Source: an uncultured delta proteobacterium (GTDB lineage Bacteria; Myxococcota_A; Polyangia; Haliangiales; Haliangiaceae). From it: a stretch of DNA of 64,000 bases. The DNA lies in assembly GCA_963848295.1 (NCBI GenBank), contig CAWKDB010000004.1:224001-288000 (forward strand). Direction: 5' to 3'. The notes under the pieces were generated by a model. The model did no database searches and was not told the origin of the DNA. It worked only from the letters and a program-made list of their open reading frames with translations. Of this stretch, positions 55,087 through 64,000 are shown piece by piece. Position numbers and translations under genes: made by a program. The stretch's first letter is position 1. The number at the start of each line of letters is the position of its first letter.

Positions 55087-55788
55087 CTACGTAGCGCCGA
55101 GTGCCCAACGGAGCGAGTTGCGGAGCACGCTAGCGCCATCGTCGAGAGCACACGCTCCGTGCGCGATGACGAGGTGGCGCGGAGACCAAGCGATCGCGCG
55201 CGCGAGCGACGCCCGGAGTCGAGCCCGCCGCAAGAACGACAGACGCCACTCGCGCGGCGTGCTGCCATCGTGACCGACGAGCCCGTCGAGCTTCATGAGA
55301 AACCGCTGAAACCCGCCGAGCGTATGCTCGTCGAAGCGCTGCACGAGATCGCCGACAATGCACGTGCTCGACGCGCGATGAAAAAACACGACCTCGGTCA
55401 GCGCGAAGCTTCCCGCCACGCAGACTTGATCGATTTGACCGAGCCATTCCGGCGGGGCGTCGTCGCCGAGCTCTCCGGTGAATGACAGGTCCTTGCGCTT
55501 CTTTGCGAGACCTGGCGGGGCGTAGATCCGGAGTGAAGGCCACGCCGCGGCCCATCGGGTGAGCGCGAGGTGGTGGAGCTTGTTTGGCTCGACCACGAAT
55601 CGCGGCTCGCCGAGTTGGTCGATGGCAGTGCGTACCCGCTCGTCGAGCGCAACCGGCGACCACACCCATAGCGCACCGCTGTCGAGCCGAACGACCACCA
55701 TGCGCGTCGGATATGGAAACCCGTGGAACGAGACCGGGGTCCCCTCGACGATCCAGATCCGTTCGCCGATCGGCTCGAGGACGTTCAT
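55087..55788 (-). CDS. DUF4336 (MBL-fold) protein
   Basis: YPTRMVVVRL..G.LWVWSP, PNKLHH, EVVFFH.AS.T.IVGDL, IAHG. Confidence 0.88.
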   Translation of the reverse strand: MNVLEPIGERIWIVEGTPVSFHGFPYPTRMVVVRLDSGALWVWSPVALDERVRTAIDQLGEPRFVVEPNKLHHLALTRWAAAWPSLRIYAPPGLAKKRKDLSFTGELGDDAPPEWLGQIDQVCVAGSFALTEVVFFHRASSTCIVGDLVQRFDEHTLGGFQRFLMKLDGLVGHDGSTPREWRLSFLRRARLRASLARAIAWSPRHLVIAHGACALDDGASVLRNSLRWALGAT

Positions 55789-55837
55789 GCGCTGACGATG
55801 CCACGGCCACGGCGGGAGTTGCGCGCAGCGGGCTCGC

Positions 55838-56410
55838 TCAAGTGCGGTTCGCAGCCTGGTTGATCCTGAAGTGCAGCTTGGCGACTTGCTCGGGAGTCAG
55901 CTTCGATCGCAGGACAACACCACCATACGAGCGGAATCGCGCATCGAGGTCGTCTGGATCGGGCTCGCGGAGCAGGATGAAGATCGCCGAGTCACCGGCT
56001 GCGACCGTGGCGCGGATGTTGTCCACGAACTCGTCGGAGACTCCGAGCTCGTTCTTCCACCACGAGTCATCGACCGCGCCGTGCTTGGCGCCGATGATCG
56101 AACCGCCGACGGCGCCGGCGACGAACGTGGTGGCGGCCGCCACGGTGCCCACACCCGCGGTGACCGGAAGCGCGAGCGCGGCGAGCACGATCCCGACGAA
56201 CGAGCCGAGTAATCCGCCGACGATCGCACCTTCGCCTTTCGACGATTGGTAGCTGCGATCGATGGTCAGCTCTCCACGATCGTTTCGATACGCTGCCACG
56301 GCGCCGTGGAGATTGGCCGACCAAGCTTCGTCGCGCGCCCTGATCTGGCCCAGTACAACCGCGGCCCGTTCGATGTCCTGCTTGAAGGCGACGACGACGA
56401 GCTCTGACAT
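55838..56410 (-). CDS. DUF1269 family glycine-zipper membrane protein
   Basis: MSELVVVAF; GAIVGGLLG; GVSDEF; GDSAIFIL; GGVVLRS.L. Confidence 0.85.
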   Translation of the reverse strand: MSELVVVAFKQDIERAAVVLGQIRARDEAWSANLHGAVAAYRNDRGELTIDRSYQSSKGEGAIVGGLLGSFVGIVLAALALPVTAGVGTVAAATTFVAGAVGGSIIGAKHGAVDDSWWKNELGVSDEFVDNIRATVAAGDSAIFILLREPDPDDLDARFRSYGGVVLRSKLTPEQVAKLHFRINQAANRT

Positions 56411-56531
56411 GCCCCGATCATATGCCGTCAGCTGCCCCGTGGTTGCAACGTGCGCCTCCGCGCGGTGCCGATGGTGCGAACGCGCGGTGAGCGCCGTTTC
56501 GTGACCTTGCTGCCGATCGTTTGCTCCCGCG

Positions 56532-57914
56532 TCATCGCGAGATTCGCTCGAGGGACTTGTTCGTCGCGGACGGCCCGGCAAGCGCGAGCAACCCCGCGAT
56601 GAGCCCGGTGCAGCCGATCGCGGTGAAGCCGGCGCGAAACGACCAGGCCGTGACGAGCACGGGTAAGCCGAGCGCGCCGACGGCGCCTCCGAGGTGCCCG
56701 AGCCCGTCGCTCAGGGCGAATCCTGTGGCGCGCGCCCTCGTCGGGTAGCTCTCGACCGTGAACGTGTAGGTTATTTGGAGGTACATGCCGAGCGCCATCG
56801 AGCCGAGGAACGAGCCGGTCGCGATCACGACGTCGCTCGCCAAGCTTCCGATCGCGAGCATGCCGCCGAGCCACAACACCGTCGACCCGACGATCAGCAG
56901 CTTCCGCTCCAGGCGGTCGGCCAGCGCGTACATGACGAGCGCGCCGACCGGATACCCGAGCGCCCCCACGGCGAGATACCCGAGCGAGCTCGCGATCCCG
57001 ATGTGCTGGCTCGCGAGCAGCGTGGGCGCGTCGCCGAGGAAACCGTAGTTGCCGACGTACCAGAAGAACCACATCGCCGCGAAGATCGCGAGCCGGCCGG
57101 CATAAGGTCGGTGAAAGAGATAGCTCGTCGGGAAGCGCCCGCGCTCGCTGCTGATCGGCTCCGGGTGCGGCTCGGCGAGCGCGACGCCCTTCGCCTTCGC
57201 CACCGTCTCCATCTCGGAGACCAGCTGCTCCGCTTCGTCGATCTTGCCGTGCAGCACGAGCCAGCGCGGCGACTCCGGTAGCCGCGACCGCATCGCCAAC
57301 GCGATCACGGCGATCGCGCCGCCGATGACAAACAGCAGTCTCCAGCCGAACGAATAGTGGGGCACGAGCGCCAGCGCGACGAACGGCGTGACGGTCTGGC
57401 CGATGATGCCGATCAAGAACGTGAGGACCGAGATCCTGCCGCGCTTGCCCGCAGGCGCCATCTCGCCGAGGTACGTCGACACGAGGTTGAGATCGGCGCC
57501 GACGCCCATGCCCGTGACGAACCGCCAGAACGACAGGCTGACCAGGCCGGTCGCCGCCGCATCGCCGAACGAGCCGACGGCCGTGAGCAGCATGGTGAAC
57601 AGCATGGTGCGGTACCGACCGTAGCGATCGGCCATCGTCCCGATCACGTACGAGCCCGCGATGTACCCGACGAGGCCGACCGCGAGCGCGACGAACAACG
57701 ATTCGTTCCCCGTGAGATCGAGCTGTCGCCCGATCGCGGGCATCGCATAGCCGATGTCCGTGATGTCGTAGAACGTAAAGAAGTAGCCGATGCCGATGAT
57801 GATCAGGAACGACCGCGAGAACGACCACACCGGGATCCGATTCATCCGGCCAAGGACGTTCGCGCCCTTCGTCGCGATCTCGTCGCGATCGTCGCTGGCG
57901 TCGCCGCCGGTCAT
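56532..57914 (-). CDS. MFS transporter (sugar/aromatic acid type)
   Basis: ADRYGR, YLGEMAP..KRG, PESPRWL, ESYPTRARATG. Confidence 0.92.
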   Translation of the reverse strand: MTGGDASDDRDEIATKGANVLGRMNRIPVWSFSRSFLIIIGIGYFFTFYDITDIGYAMPAIGRQLDLTGNESLFVALAVGLVGYIAGSYVIGTMADRYGRYRTMLFTMLLTAVGSFGDAAATGLVSLSFWRFVTGMGVGADLNLVSTYLGEMAPAGKRGRISVLTFLIGIIGQTVTPFVALALVPHYSFGWRLLFVIGGAIAVIALAMRSRLPESPRWLVLHGKIDEAEQLVSEMETVAKAKGVALAEPHPEPISSERGRFPTSYLFHRPYAGRLAIFAAMWFFWYVGNYGFLGDAPTLLASQHIGIASSLGYLAVGALGYPVGALVMYALADRLERKLLIVGSTVLWLGGMLAIGSLASDVVIATGSFLGSMALGMYLQITYTFTVESYPTRARATGFALSDGLGHLGGAVGALGLPVLVTAWSFRAGFTAIGCTGLIAGLLALAGPSATNKSLERISR

Positions 57915-57981
57915 GGTTTCTCGCGACCACATTTGCACACGTCGTGCGATGGAGCACGGGTGGCGCGGACTCGCCGGGTGG

Positions 57982-59250
57982 TCAGCCCGATCGCGTGCGC
58001 GCGTCCCCTGTCGGCGACGTCGATACCGGCGCGGGGAACAGCCCGAGCTGCCGCGCCACGCGATCGCGATCTGCCCCCGAGACCGGCAAGAGCGGCAGGA
58101 CTTGCCGGTATCCGCTGCCGATCGCCGGCGCGCAGCGCTCCCCGGGGACGTAGCCGCCCCCGAGGTCCGCCTCCCGAACGGTCGCATTGTCCTCGCTGTC
58201 GGCCTGTCGGCTCAGCAACTCCGGCGAGGCGTGCTCGCGAAGGACGCGGCCCAGCGCGGAAGCGAGATCGTGGGCGGCGCGCACGCTGGAGTTGAGGCCC
58301 AGCGAGGCACCTAGCGGCAGCGCGTTCGCGGCCGCACCGAGCAGCCACACCGTCGACGTCGACGGGCGGGCCGCGATCCCTACCGGCATTCGCTCGAGCT
58401 GGCCCTGGCGCAGCTCACCCAGTGGTGTGCCGAGGTCGGGCAAGTAGCGCGCGACGAGCCTTGCCAGATCGTCGGCATCGGGTGCGGTACCGGCCGCCAC
58501 GCGGGCATCGAGGCGCTCCGACGGCGGTAGCTGCAACGCGATCCTCGTGCCTCCGCCCGCAAGCGGCCACAGCGCGACGGTCGCCTCGCCGAGCGCGATC
58601 CTGATCTCGCGGCCCAGCGGTGGTCCGCCGTCGACCTCGAACACCGCGATCAGCTCCGGCGGCGCGAGCGTGCGCCATGGTAGCTCGAGCTGGCCGCGGA
58701 CCAGCGAGTCGGCACCGTCCGCGCCGATCAGGAACGGGGGCTCGCGACGGAGGATGCGGCGCACCATGTGCTCCTCGTGAGCGACCACGTAGCCCGTCGG
58801 CTCGCTATCGATGACGTCGACGTTCGCGATCACGCGGTCGCGGCTCGCCTCGATGTTGCCGAGCCGGTGCCGCCACTGGACCGCGACGTGGCGGTCACGC
58901 AGTTGATGCACGAGCTTGTCGCACAGCCGCCAGCACGGCACGACCGCGGCATAGCCGAACCCCGACGGTGAGTCCCGAAGGTCCAGCGCCGCGACGCGCG
59001 CACCGCGGTCGTAGATCGCCACGGTATCGATCGCGGCAGCTTCATCGGCCAGGTCGAGCTCCACGCCCGCGTCCTCGAGCCGCGCCAGCGTATCGGGATG
59101 CAGCACGACCGAGAGCTTGTCGGTCCGCGGCGCCCACGAGCCATCGACGATCTCGACTTCGATCCCGCGCTCTCGCAGGAACAGCGCGGCCGCGAGCCCG
59201 ACCGGTCCTGCGCCAACGACTAGAGTGTGGTCGGTCTTGCGATGCGCCAT
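57982..59250 (-). CDS. FAD-dependent monooxygenase
   Basis: VVGAGPVGL, IGADGADSLVR; degenerate GD motif (LLGAAAN). Confidence 0.8.
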   Translation of the reverse strand: MAHRKTDHTLVVGAGPVGLAAALFLRERGIEVEIVDGSWAPRTDKLSVVLHPDTLARLEDAGVELDLADEAAAIDTVAIYDRGARVAALDLRDSPSGFGYAAVVPCWRLCDKLVHQLRDRHVAVQWRHRLGNIEASRDRVIANVDVIDSEPTGYVVAHEEHMVRRILRREPPFLIGADGADSLVRGQLELPWRTLAPPELIAVFEVDGGPPLGREIRIALGEATVALWPLAGGGTRIALQLPPSERLDARVAAGTAPDADDLARLVARYLPDLGTPLGELRQGQLERMPVGIAARPSTSTVWLLGAAANALPLGASLGLNSSVRAAHDLASALGRVLREHASPELLSRQADSEDNATVREADLGGGYVPGERCAPAIGSGYRQVLPLLPVSGADRDRVARQLGLFPAPVSTSPTGDARTRSG

Positions 59251-59384
59251 GCGGCACCTTCGTCGAGAAGTCTGCTCTTGGAAGAAGCAAGTCGCGTACC
59301 GGATCATGGCGCGGCCGAGGCGCTGGATCCGCGCTGTTCGGGAGCCGCCGGCCTGCTGGTCGCGACGTTTACGCGCGTGCGTCT

Positions 59385-60068
59385 GCGCGTACAGCGCGCG
59401 GGTACGCACGAGATCGACCGCGACCCCGCGCCTGTCCTTGTATGCCAGCGCGAGTGCATCGCACTCGTGCCCATCTTTGCTGCACGCTTGCTCGAGGAAC
59501 GCCAACGCTCGCCTGGGATCGGCCGCGACACCCTCGCCGTGATCGAGTGCGAGGCCTTGCGCCGTGCAACCCCCGGCGACGTCCAGCTTGCACGCGCGCT
59601 CGAACGCCGCATACGCGTGCTTCGGTTCGGCCGGCCCCCGAGCCCGTTGCGCCACTCCACGCCAAGGTCGAAACATCCAGGTCCGTATCCGCTGTCACAC
59701 GCCGTGGTCAAGAGTCCTCTCGCGAGGCGGAAATCCTGGTCGGGATCGCCAGTGGATCCGATGTGGTGGCCGAGGTCGTTGCCCACGAGCCCGCACGCGA
59801 AGTGCCCGGCCCGGTCTTTCACGTTGCATGCGGCCACGAAGTACTTGTGCGCGCCTTCGACGTCGGACTTGCCGAGCTTACCTTCGCGGAGCACGTACCC
59901 CGCCGCGACGCAGCTCCTCGAATAATGCAGCGTGCAGCCGTGATCGAACGCATCCAACGCCTGAGCTGCGGCCTTCGGTTCGAGCTTGGTGCCCAGCGCG
60001 TAGCACGCGTCGCCGCTCCCACATGGTGCGGGGTCCGCCGCCGCCGTTGCTGCGACTGCTGCGATCAT
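59385..60068 (-). CDS. Sel1-like repeat protein (frameshift near 59635, C-terminus unclear)
   Basis: AC..G...GC..LG repeats in two frames. Confidence 0.65.
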
Positions 60069-60254
60069 TGCGTGTGCGACGAGCTTACGAGCGCCGACCT
60101 TATCTCGGCAGCCCGATCGAGAACGACTACGAAGACGTCCGCCGTCAACATGCGTGGCAGTGAAACCGCCCTACGCGGCGACCTGACGGCAGGCGCTCGA
60201 CGACGTCATCTGTGGACCTGTAAGCAGTGAGCGCGGTCGCCGTTGTTGGACGTC

Positions 60255-60542
60255 ATGCGGATGTTTATCCTCGGAGTGCTCGTCACCGCCGGCTGCTGGC
60301 GACTCCACGCGAGCCGCACGTTCCCGATGCCCACGCGGCCGGATCGGCAGTGCACCGCTGGCTGGAACGAGCTGTGGATCTGGGATTGCCTCGAAGGACA
60401 GCACGTCGTGATCCATCAGTTCTGCGGCGAGTGGGGCGGATGCAAGCCGCCGCTCAAGGACGTCTATGCGTGTGGCGAGACCTCGGGCTACGAGCGGTCC
60501 ATCCAGCCCGGCCACTGCGACATCAGTGCGCCCGGCTGGTGA
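60255..60542 (+). CDS. Small Cys-rich lipoprotein
   Basis: MRMFILGVLVTAGC; six further Cys. Confidence 0.6.
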   Translation: MRMFILGVLVTAGCWRLHASRTFPMPTRPDRQCTAGWNELWIWDCLEGQHVVIHQFCGEWGGCKPPLKDVYACGETSGYERSIQPGHCDISAPGW

Positions 60543-63172
60543 CGGTTACCCGCGTGCGGCTCGGGCTTGTCCGTAGTGCCTGCCTTGTCCGACCGCCGGC
60601 GATCCCGGCGACGACGCCCGATCAACAGCGCCACGAGCGCGGAGATCGGCGCGGCTCCCAGGCCGGTGCCACCCGCGGCACAGCCGCCGCCATGGGAGCC
60701 ATCGCCGGCACCGGAACCGGAGCCACCGCCGGAGCCGGAGCCGCCGCCAGAGCCGGAGCCGGAGCCGGAGCCGCTACCGCTGCCGCTTCCCGAGCCCGAG
60801 CCGCACGAGCCGGTGTCGATCATGACGCAGGTCCCGTCGGCGGTCGCGCCAGCCGCCACGCTGCACGCTTCGCAGTCGTTCGGATCACCGCCGCCGCATG
60901 CGGTGTCGCAACACACGCCGTCGACGCAGAATCCGGTCGCACAGCCGGTGGCGTCGTCGCATCCACCGCCGTCGGGCGCGACCGTCAACACCCGCGACTC
61001 GACGCGTGGCGCACCATACGGCGCTTGCAGCACGACCCGGCCATAGACGACGGAGGCGGTCGAGTCGCCGGTGGCCGCGAGGCCGATCGTCGGCAGCACG
61101 CCCGATGCGGCCACGAGCGGCGACGCATCCAGCACGCTGCCATCGCTCGCGATCCGCGCCGCGTGAAGCGTGTACGTCAAGGTGTCGGTGCTGTCGGCCC
61201 ACATCACGACGTAGTCGCCGACATACGCGACCATGCTCGGCTCGACATAGCTTGCGACGGGAGAGATCACGATCGGCGTCGCATCGACGATCGCGCCCGA
61301 CGCCATCACGCGTGCGCCGAGCACGCGAGTCGAGAGACCGGCGTTCCAAGCCACGAAGAAGTCGGTTCCATTCGACGTCACGGCGGGCGCGTAGTCGTAG
61401 CTGGCGGGGCCGACGACGATCGGCGTCGCATCGCTCACGACACCCGCCGGGGTAACGCGCACCGCCGCGATGGTGTCGTGCGTGCTGTCTTCCCACGCGA
61501 CGAGCGCTTCGCCGCCGTTGCTCGCGATCGCCGGCGTCAGCTCCGTCGAAGCTCCGGCGTCGAGTTGGAACGCGGCGGTATCGAGGATCGTGCCATCGGG
61601 GCGCACGCGCACGCCCTCGATGCGGTACTGCGCCGCCCACACGACGAGGTACACACCGCCGACGTACGCGACGCGCGGGTTCGCGACGAACGACGAGGTC
61701 GTCGGCAAGTGCAGCGGGACGGCATCGAGCACGCTACCGTCACCGGCGACCCGCGCGGCCGTGATCCAGCCGCTGCTGGCGGCGACCACGAGATAGTCAG
61801 AACCATCCGACGCGACCGCCGGCATATTGGCCGAGAAAGGAATGACCTCGAACGAGTGGGCGTCGAGCGCCGTGCCATCGGGGGCGAGTCGCACCGCGTA
61901 CGTGCAGCCGCTCGTGCCATTGGCGCAGCGCGAGTCGACCCACACCGCGAGCGAGCTCGTCGCCGCGCTCGCGATCGCCGGCGTCTGCTCGGTGTTCGCC
62001 GCCGTCGAGATCGCGATCGCCGACGGATCGAGAATGACACCGGCGGTCGACACGCGCGTGCCATACACGCTGGACTCGCCGTTGTTGTGCGGGTATCCCG
62101 ACCACGCCGCGAGCACGCCGGATGCACCGCGCGCGAGCGCAGGTCCAGCGAAGCCGATGCTCGACGGCGAGAGCGTCAGCGCCGGTGCGTCGCGCACGAC
62201 GCCCGCCGGTGACACGCGCGTCCCGGCGATCCCCGATCCGGTCGTCCACGCGACCAGCTGATCGCTGCCGTCGAATGCGATCGCGGGCTGGCTGCCTTGC
62301 GAGCTGATCACGAGCTCGGAACCCAGCGTCGCACCCGAGGTTGCCATCCGTTGGCCGTGGATCGCATTCGGGAATGTGTGGGCATCCTGCCAGGCGACGA
62401 GGTAGCTCGTGCCGTCGAACGCGACCACCGGCGACTCCTGGCCGGTCGTCGATGCGCCGAGGGGAATCCCGTCCGCGTCGAGCACGGATAGGGATGTGGT
62501 GACGCGCGCGACGTAGATCTCCGAGTAGGCGGAGCCAAGCCGTGAGTCTTGCCACGCGACGAGGACGTTCGTGCCGTCGAACGCGACGCGCGAGTTGCTT
62601 TGCGACCCGAGCGCGCCGCTGATCGTGACCGGTCCCTGGACGACCGTGCCGTCGGTACCGACGCGTAGGCCGACGATGTCCGGGTTCGATGTCGCGGTCG
62701 TGTACGCCACGAGATAGTCGCTGCCGTCGAACACGACGTCCGGCGACTCGCCCGCGGTCGCGAGCTCGATCGGCGACGCATCCAGCACGGTGCCCGCAGG
62801 GGACACGCGATCCGCGTACACGCGATTCGACTCGGTCATCCACACCACGAGATAGTTGGTGCCGTCGAACGCGACGCGCGGCGCGAGCAAGGTGTCCTGG
62901 ATGGGCGCCGAGATCCGGAACCCGACGGGATCGAGCACCGCGCCTCCCGCCGAGACTCGCGCGCCGAAGATCTCGGGAGATCCGAGCTCGCGGAAGTCGC
63001 TCCACACCACGAGGTAGTTGGTGCCGTCGAACGCGACCGCGGCTCCCTGTTTCGTACCGAACGAAACGCCCGCGACCGGAGGATCGACCGCGACCTCCGC
63101 GGAGAACGGCGTGGCGCCGGCGGTGGCTGCGGTCACGCCGATGCAGAGCAGGATCGAGCAGGTGTGATTCAT
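60488..63172 (-). CDS. Large secreted repeat protein with MYXO-CTERM-like tail
   Basis: Signal peptide; VAFDGTNYLVVW repeats; CVDGVCC; GS linker; GGGCAAG-hydrophobic-RRRR tail. Confidence 0.88.
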   Translation of the reverse strand: MNHTCSILLCIGVTAATAGATPFSAEVAVDPPVAGVSFGTKQGAAVAFDGTNYLVVWSDFRELGSPEIFGARVSAGGAVLDPVGFRISAPIQDTLLAPRVAFDGTNYLVVWMTESNRVYADRVSPAGTVLDASPIELATAGESPDVVFDGSDYLVAYTTATSNPDIVGLRVGTDGTVVQGPVTISGALGSQSNSRVAFDGTNVLVAWQDSRLGSAYSEIYVARVTTSLSVLDADGIPLGASTTGQESPVVAFDGTSYLVAWQDAHTFPNAIHGQRMATSGATLGSELVISSQGSQPAIAFDGSDQLVAWTTGSGIAGTRVSPAGVVRDAPALTLSPSSIGFAGPALARGASGVLAAWSGYPHNNGESSVYGTRVSTAGVILDPSAIAISTAANTEQTPAIASAATSSLAVWVDSRCANGTSGCTYAVRLAPDGTALDAHSFEVIPFSANMPAVASDGSDYLVVAASSGWITAARVAGDGSVLDAVPLHLPTTSSFVANPRVAYVGGVYLVVWAAQYRIEGVRVRPDGTILDTAAFQLDAGASTELTPAIASNGGEALVAWEDSTHDTIAAVRVTPAGVVSDATPIVVGPASYDYAPAVTSNGTDFFVAWNAGLSTRVLGARVMASGAIVDATPIVISPVASYVEPSMVAYVGDYVVMWADSTDTLTYTLHAARIASDGSVLDASPLVAASGVLPTIGLAATGDSTASVVYGRVVLQAPYGAPRVESRVLTVAPDGGGCDDATGCATGFCVDGVCCDTACGGGDPNDCEACSVAAGATADGTCVMIDTGSCGSGSGSGSGSGSGSGSGSGGGSGSGGGSGSGAGDGSHGGGCAAGGTGLGAAPISALVALLIGRRRRDRRRSDKAGTTDKPEPHAGNRHQPGALMSQWPGWMDRS
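60700..60803 (-). repeat. Gly-Ser coding low-complexity repeat
   Basis: gagccg-type hexamer tandem encoding (GS)n. Confidence 0.8.
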
Positions 63173-63188
63173 CGTGCGCCAGCGGGTT

Positions 63189-63204
63189 TGCAACGCACGT
63201 GCCC
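63189..63204 (-). promoter_or_regulatory. Putative sigma54 promoter
   Basis: gGGCACGtgcgTTGCA, near-consensus, 16 nt upstream of ATG 63172. Confidence 0.6.
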
Positions 63205-63313
63205 CGCGCAACCGGGTGCGAATGCAGCCCTCGTGACCCGGCGAGCGTCGTCGCGCGTTCACGTGCGCCCCAAGGCTTCGCACGCGGTCACTGCCGCGTA
63301 ACATTGCAGCGCG

Positions 63314-63394
63314 ATGACAACGCGGACGACGCTCGTGACGATGGGCGCGGCGGCGGTCACGCTGGCGATGGCGATCGCGCTGCTGTCCTGGTGA
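63314..63394 (+). CDS. Putative 26-aa hydrophobic peptide
   Basis: MTTRTTLVTMGAAAVTLAMAIALLSW*; its stop abuts the convergent gene's stop (TGA|TCA). Confidence 0.4.
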   Translation: MTTRTTLVTMGAAAVTLAMAIALLSW

Positions 63395-64000
63395 TCACTT
63401 CGGCAGCACGAAGTCGTGGCTGACCTTGATGCCGTGCTGCGTCGCGGGGAAGCGCAGGCGCTCGACGTGCCCCTCGATGCAGTCGAGCGCGGAGCCCGAA
63501 GCGTCGACCGGTCCCAGGCTCATCGCGACCTCGCCGCTCGGCAGGACCGTGATGTCGTAGGTGACGCGAGCGGGGCCGACGCAGTCGGAGAGATCGACTT
63601 GAACGACCGCGGCGACCACGGTCGCGGCCGCGGGCGCGTCGGGAAGCTTCGGCTTCGGTTTCGGCTTCGGCTTACGCGCCGGCGCCGCGTGCACGCGTGG
63701 CCGGGCGGGTGCGGATACGCGCTCGGTTTCGGCGCGAGCCTCGTCGGCGCGCTGCTCGGCGGCGACGCGCTGCGCCTCGGCCTGGGCGACCGCCGCACGC
63801 TCGCGGGCGCGCACTTGGTCGATCGCCGAGGTCTCAGGGGGTACAGTGGTCGACACTGGCGCGGCGGGCGATCGAGCGTGCACCGCGAACGCGAGGCCGA
63901 GCGCCGCGACCGCGATCCCGACGGCGACCGACGCCAGGACCGACATCCGCGCGGCGGACGGCGCGACGGCCGGGGGCTCCGCCGTGATCGCGCGGTCCTC
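63395..64000 (-). CDS. Membrane protein with Pro/Lys linker and AgmX/TonB-C-like domain (5' end outside window)
   Basis: Frame open to the edge; TM helix, KPKPKP linker, C...V.PSG.V...CI...V..LRFP. Confidence 0.65.
   Translation of the reverse strand, partial: EDRAITAEPPAVAPSAARMSVLASVAVGIAVAALGLAFAVHARSPAAPVSTTVPPETSAIDQVRARERAAVAQAEAQRVAAEQRADEARAETERVSAPARPRVHAAPARKPKPKPKPKLPDAPAAATVVAAVVQVDLSDCVGPARVTYDITVLPSGEVAMSLGPVDASGSALDCIEGHVERLRFPATQHGIKVSHDFVLPK

Noticed and set aside
57982..59676. Sel1-FAD monooxygenase fusion
   Set aside because: The joining segment is low-quality Arg-rich sequence, and the monooxygenase has its own RBS-like AAGG and ATG at 59250.

Overview
High-GC bacterial chromosomal window, most likely Myxococcota (Kofleriaceae/Haliangium-like). 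That assignment rests on four Hanks-type Ser/Thr kinases, Cys-rich lipoproteins, Kelch/NHL/RCC1/Sel1 repeat proteins, a PEGA protein and a MYXO-CTERM-like sorting tail. It holds about 55 mostly accessory CDSs. I found no rRNA, tRNA, CRISPR array or transposase. About ten genes carry single-base frameshifts, probably long-read consensus errors, so several ORF-track entries are chimeric. Main result: two genes that the ORF track breaks are interrupted by an in-frame TGA, each followed 20-23 nt later by a hairpin with a GGTC(G) apical loop, which fits a bacterial SECIS. One is an ArsC-family protein with TGA at the catalytic Cys position (HNPG-U-STS, 42993..43370). The other is a small uncharacterised C-x7-U protein with a C-terminal zinc ribbon (9677..10030), a candidate little-known or new selenoprotein family. 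Also notable: a pervasive leaderless-mRNA signature (TANNNT-N6/7-start), a kinase-STAND protein coupled to NHL-repeat lipoproteins, and N-terminal lipoprotein modules shared between unrelated proteins.
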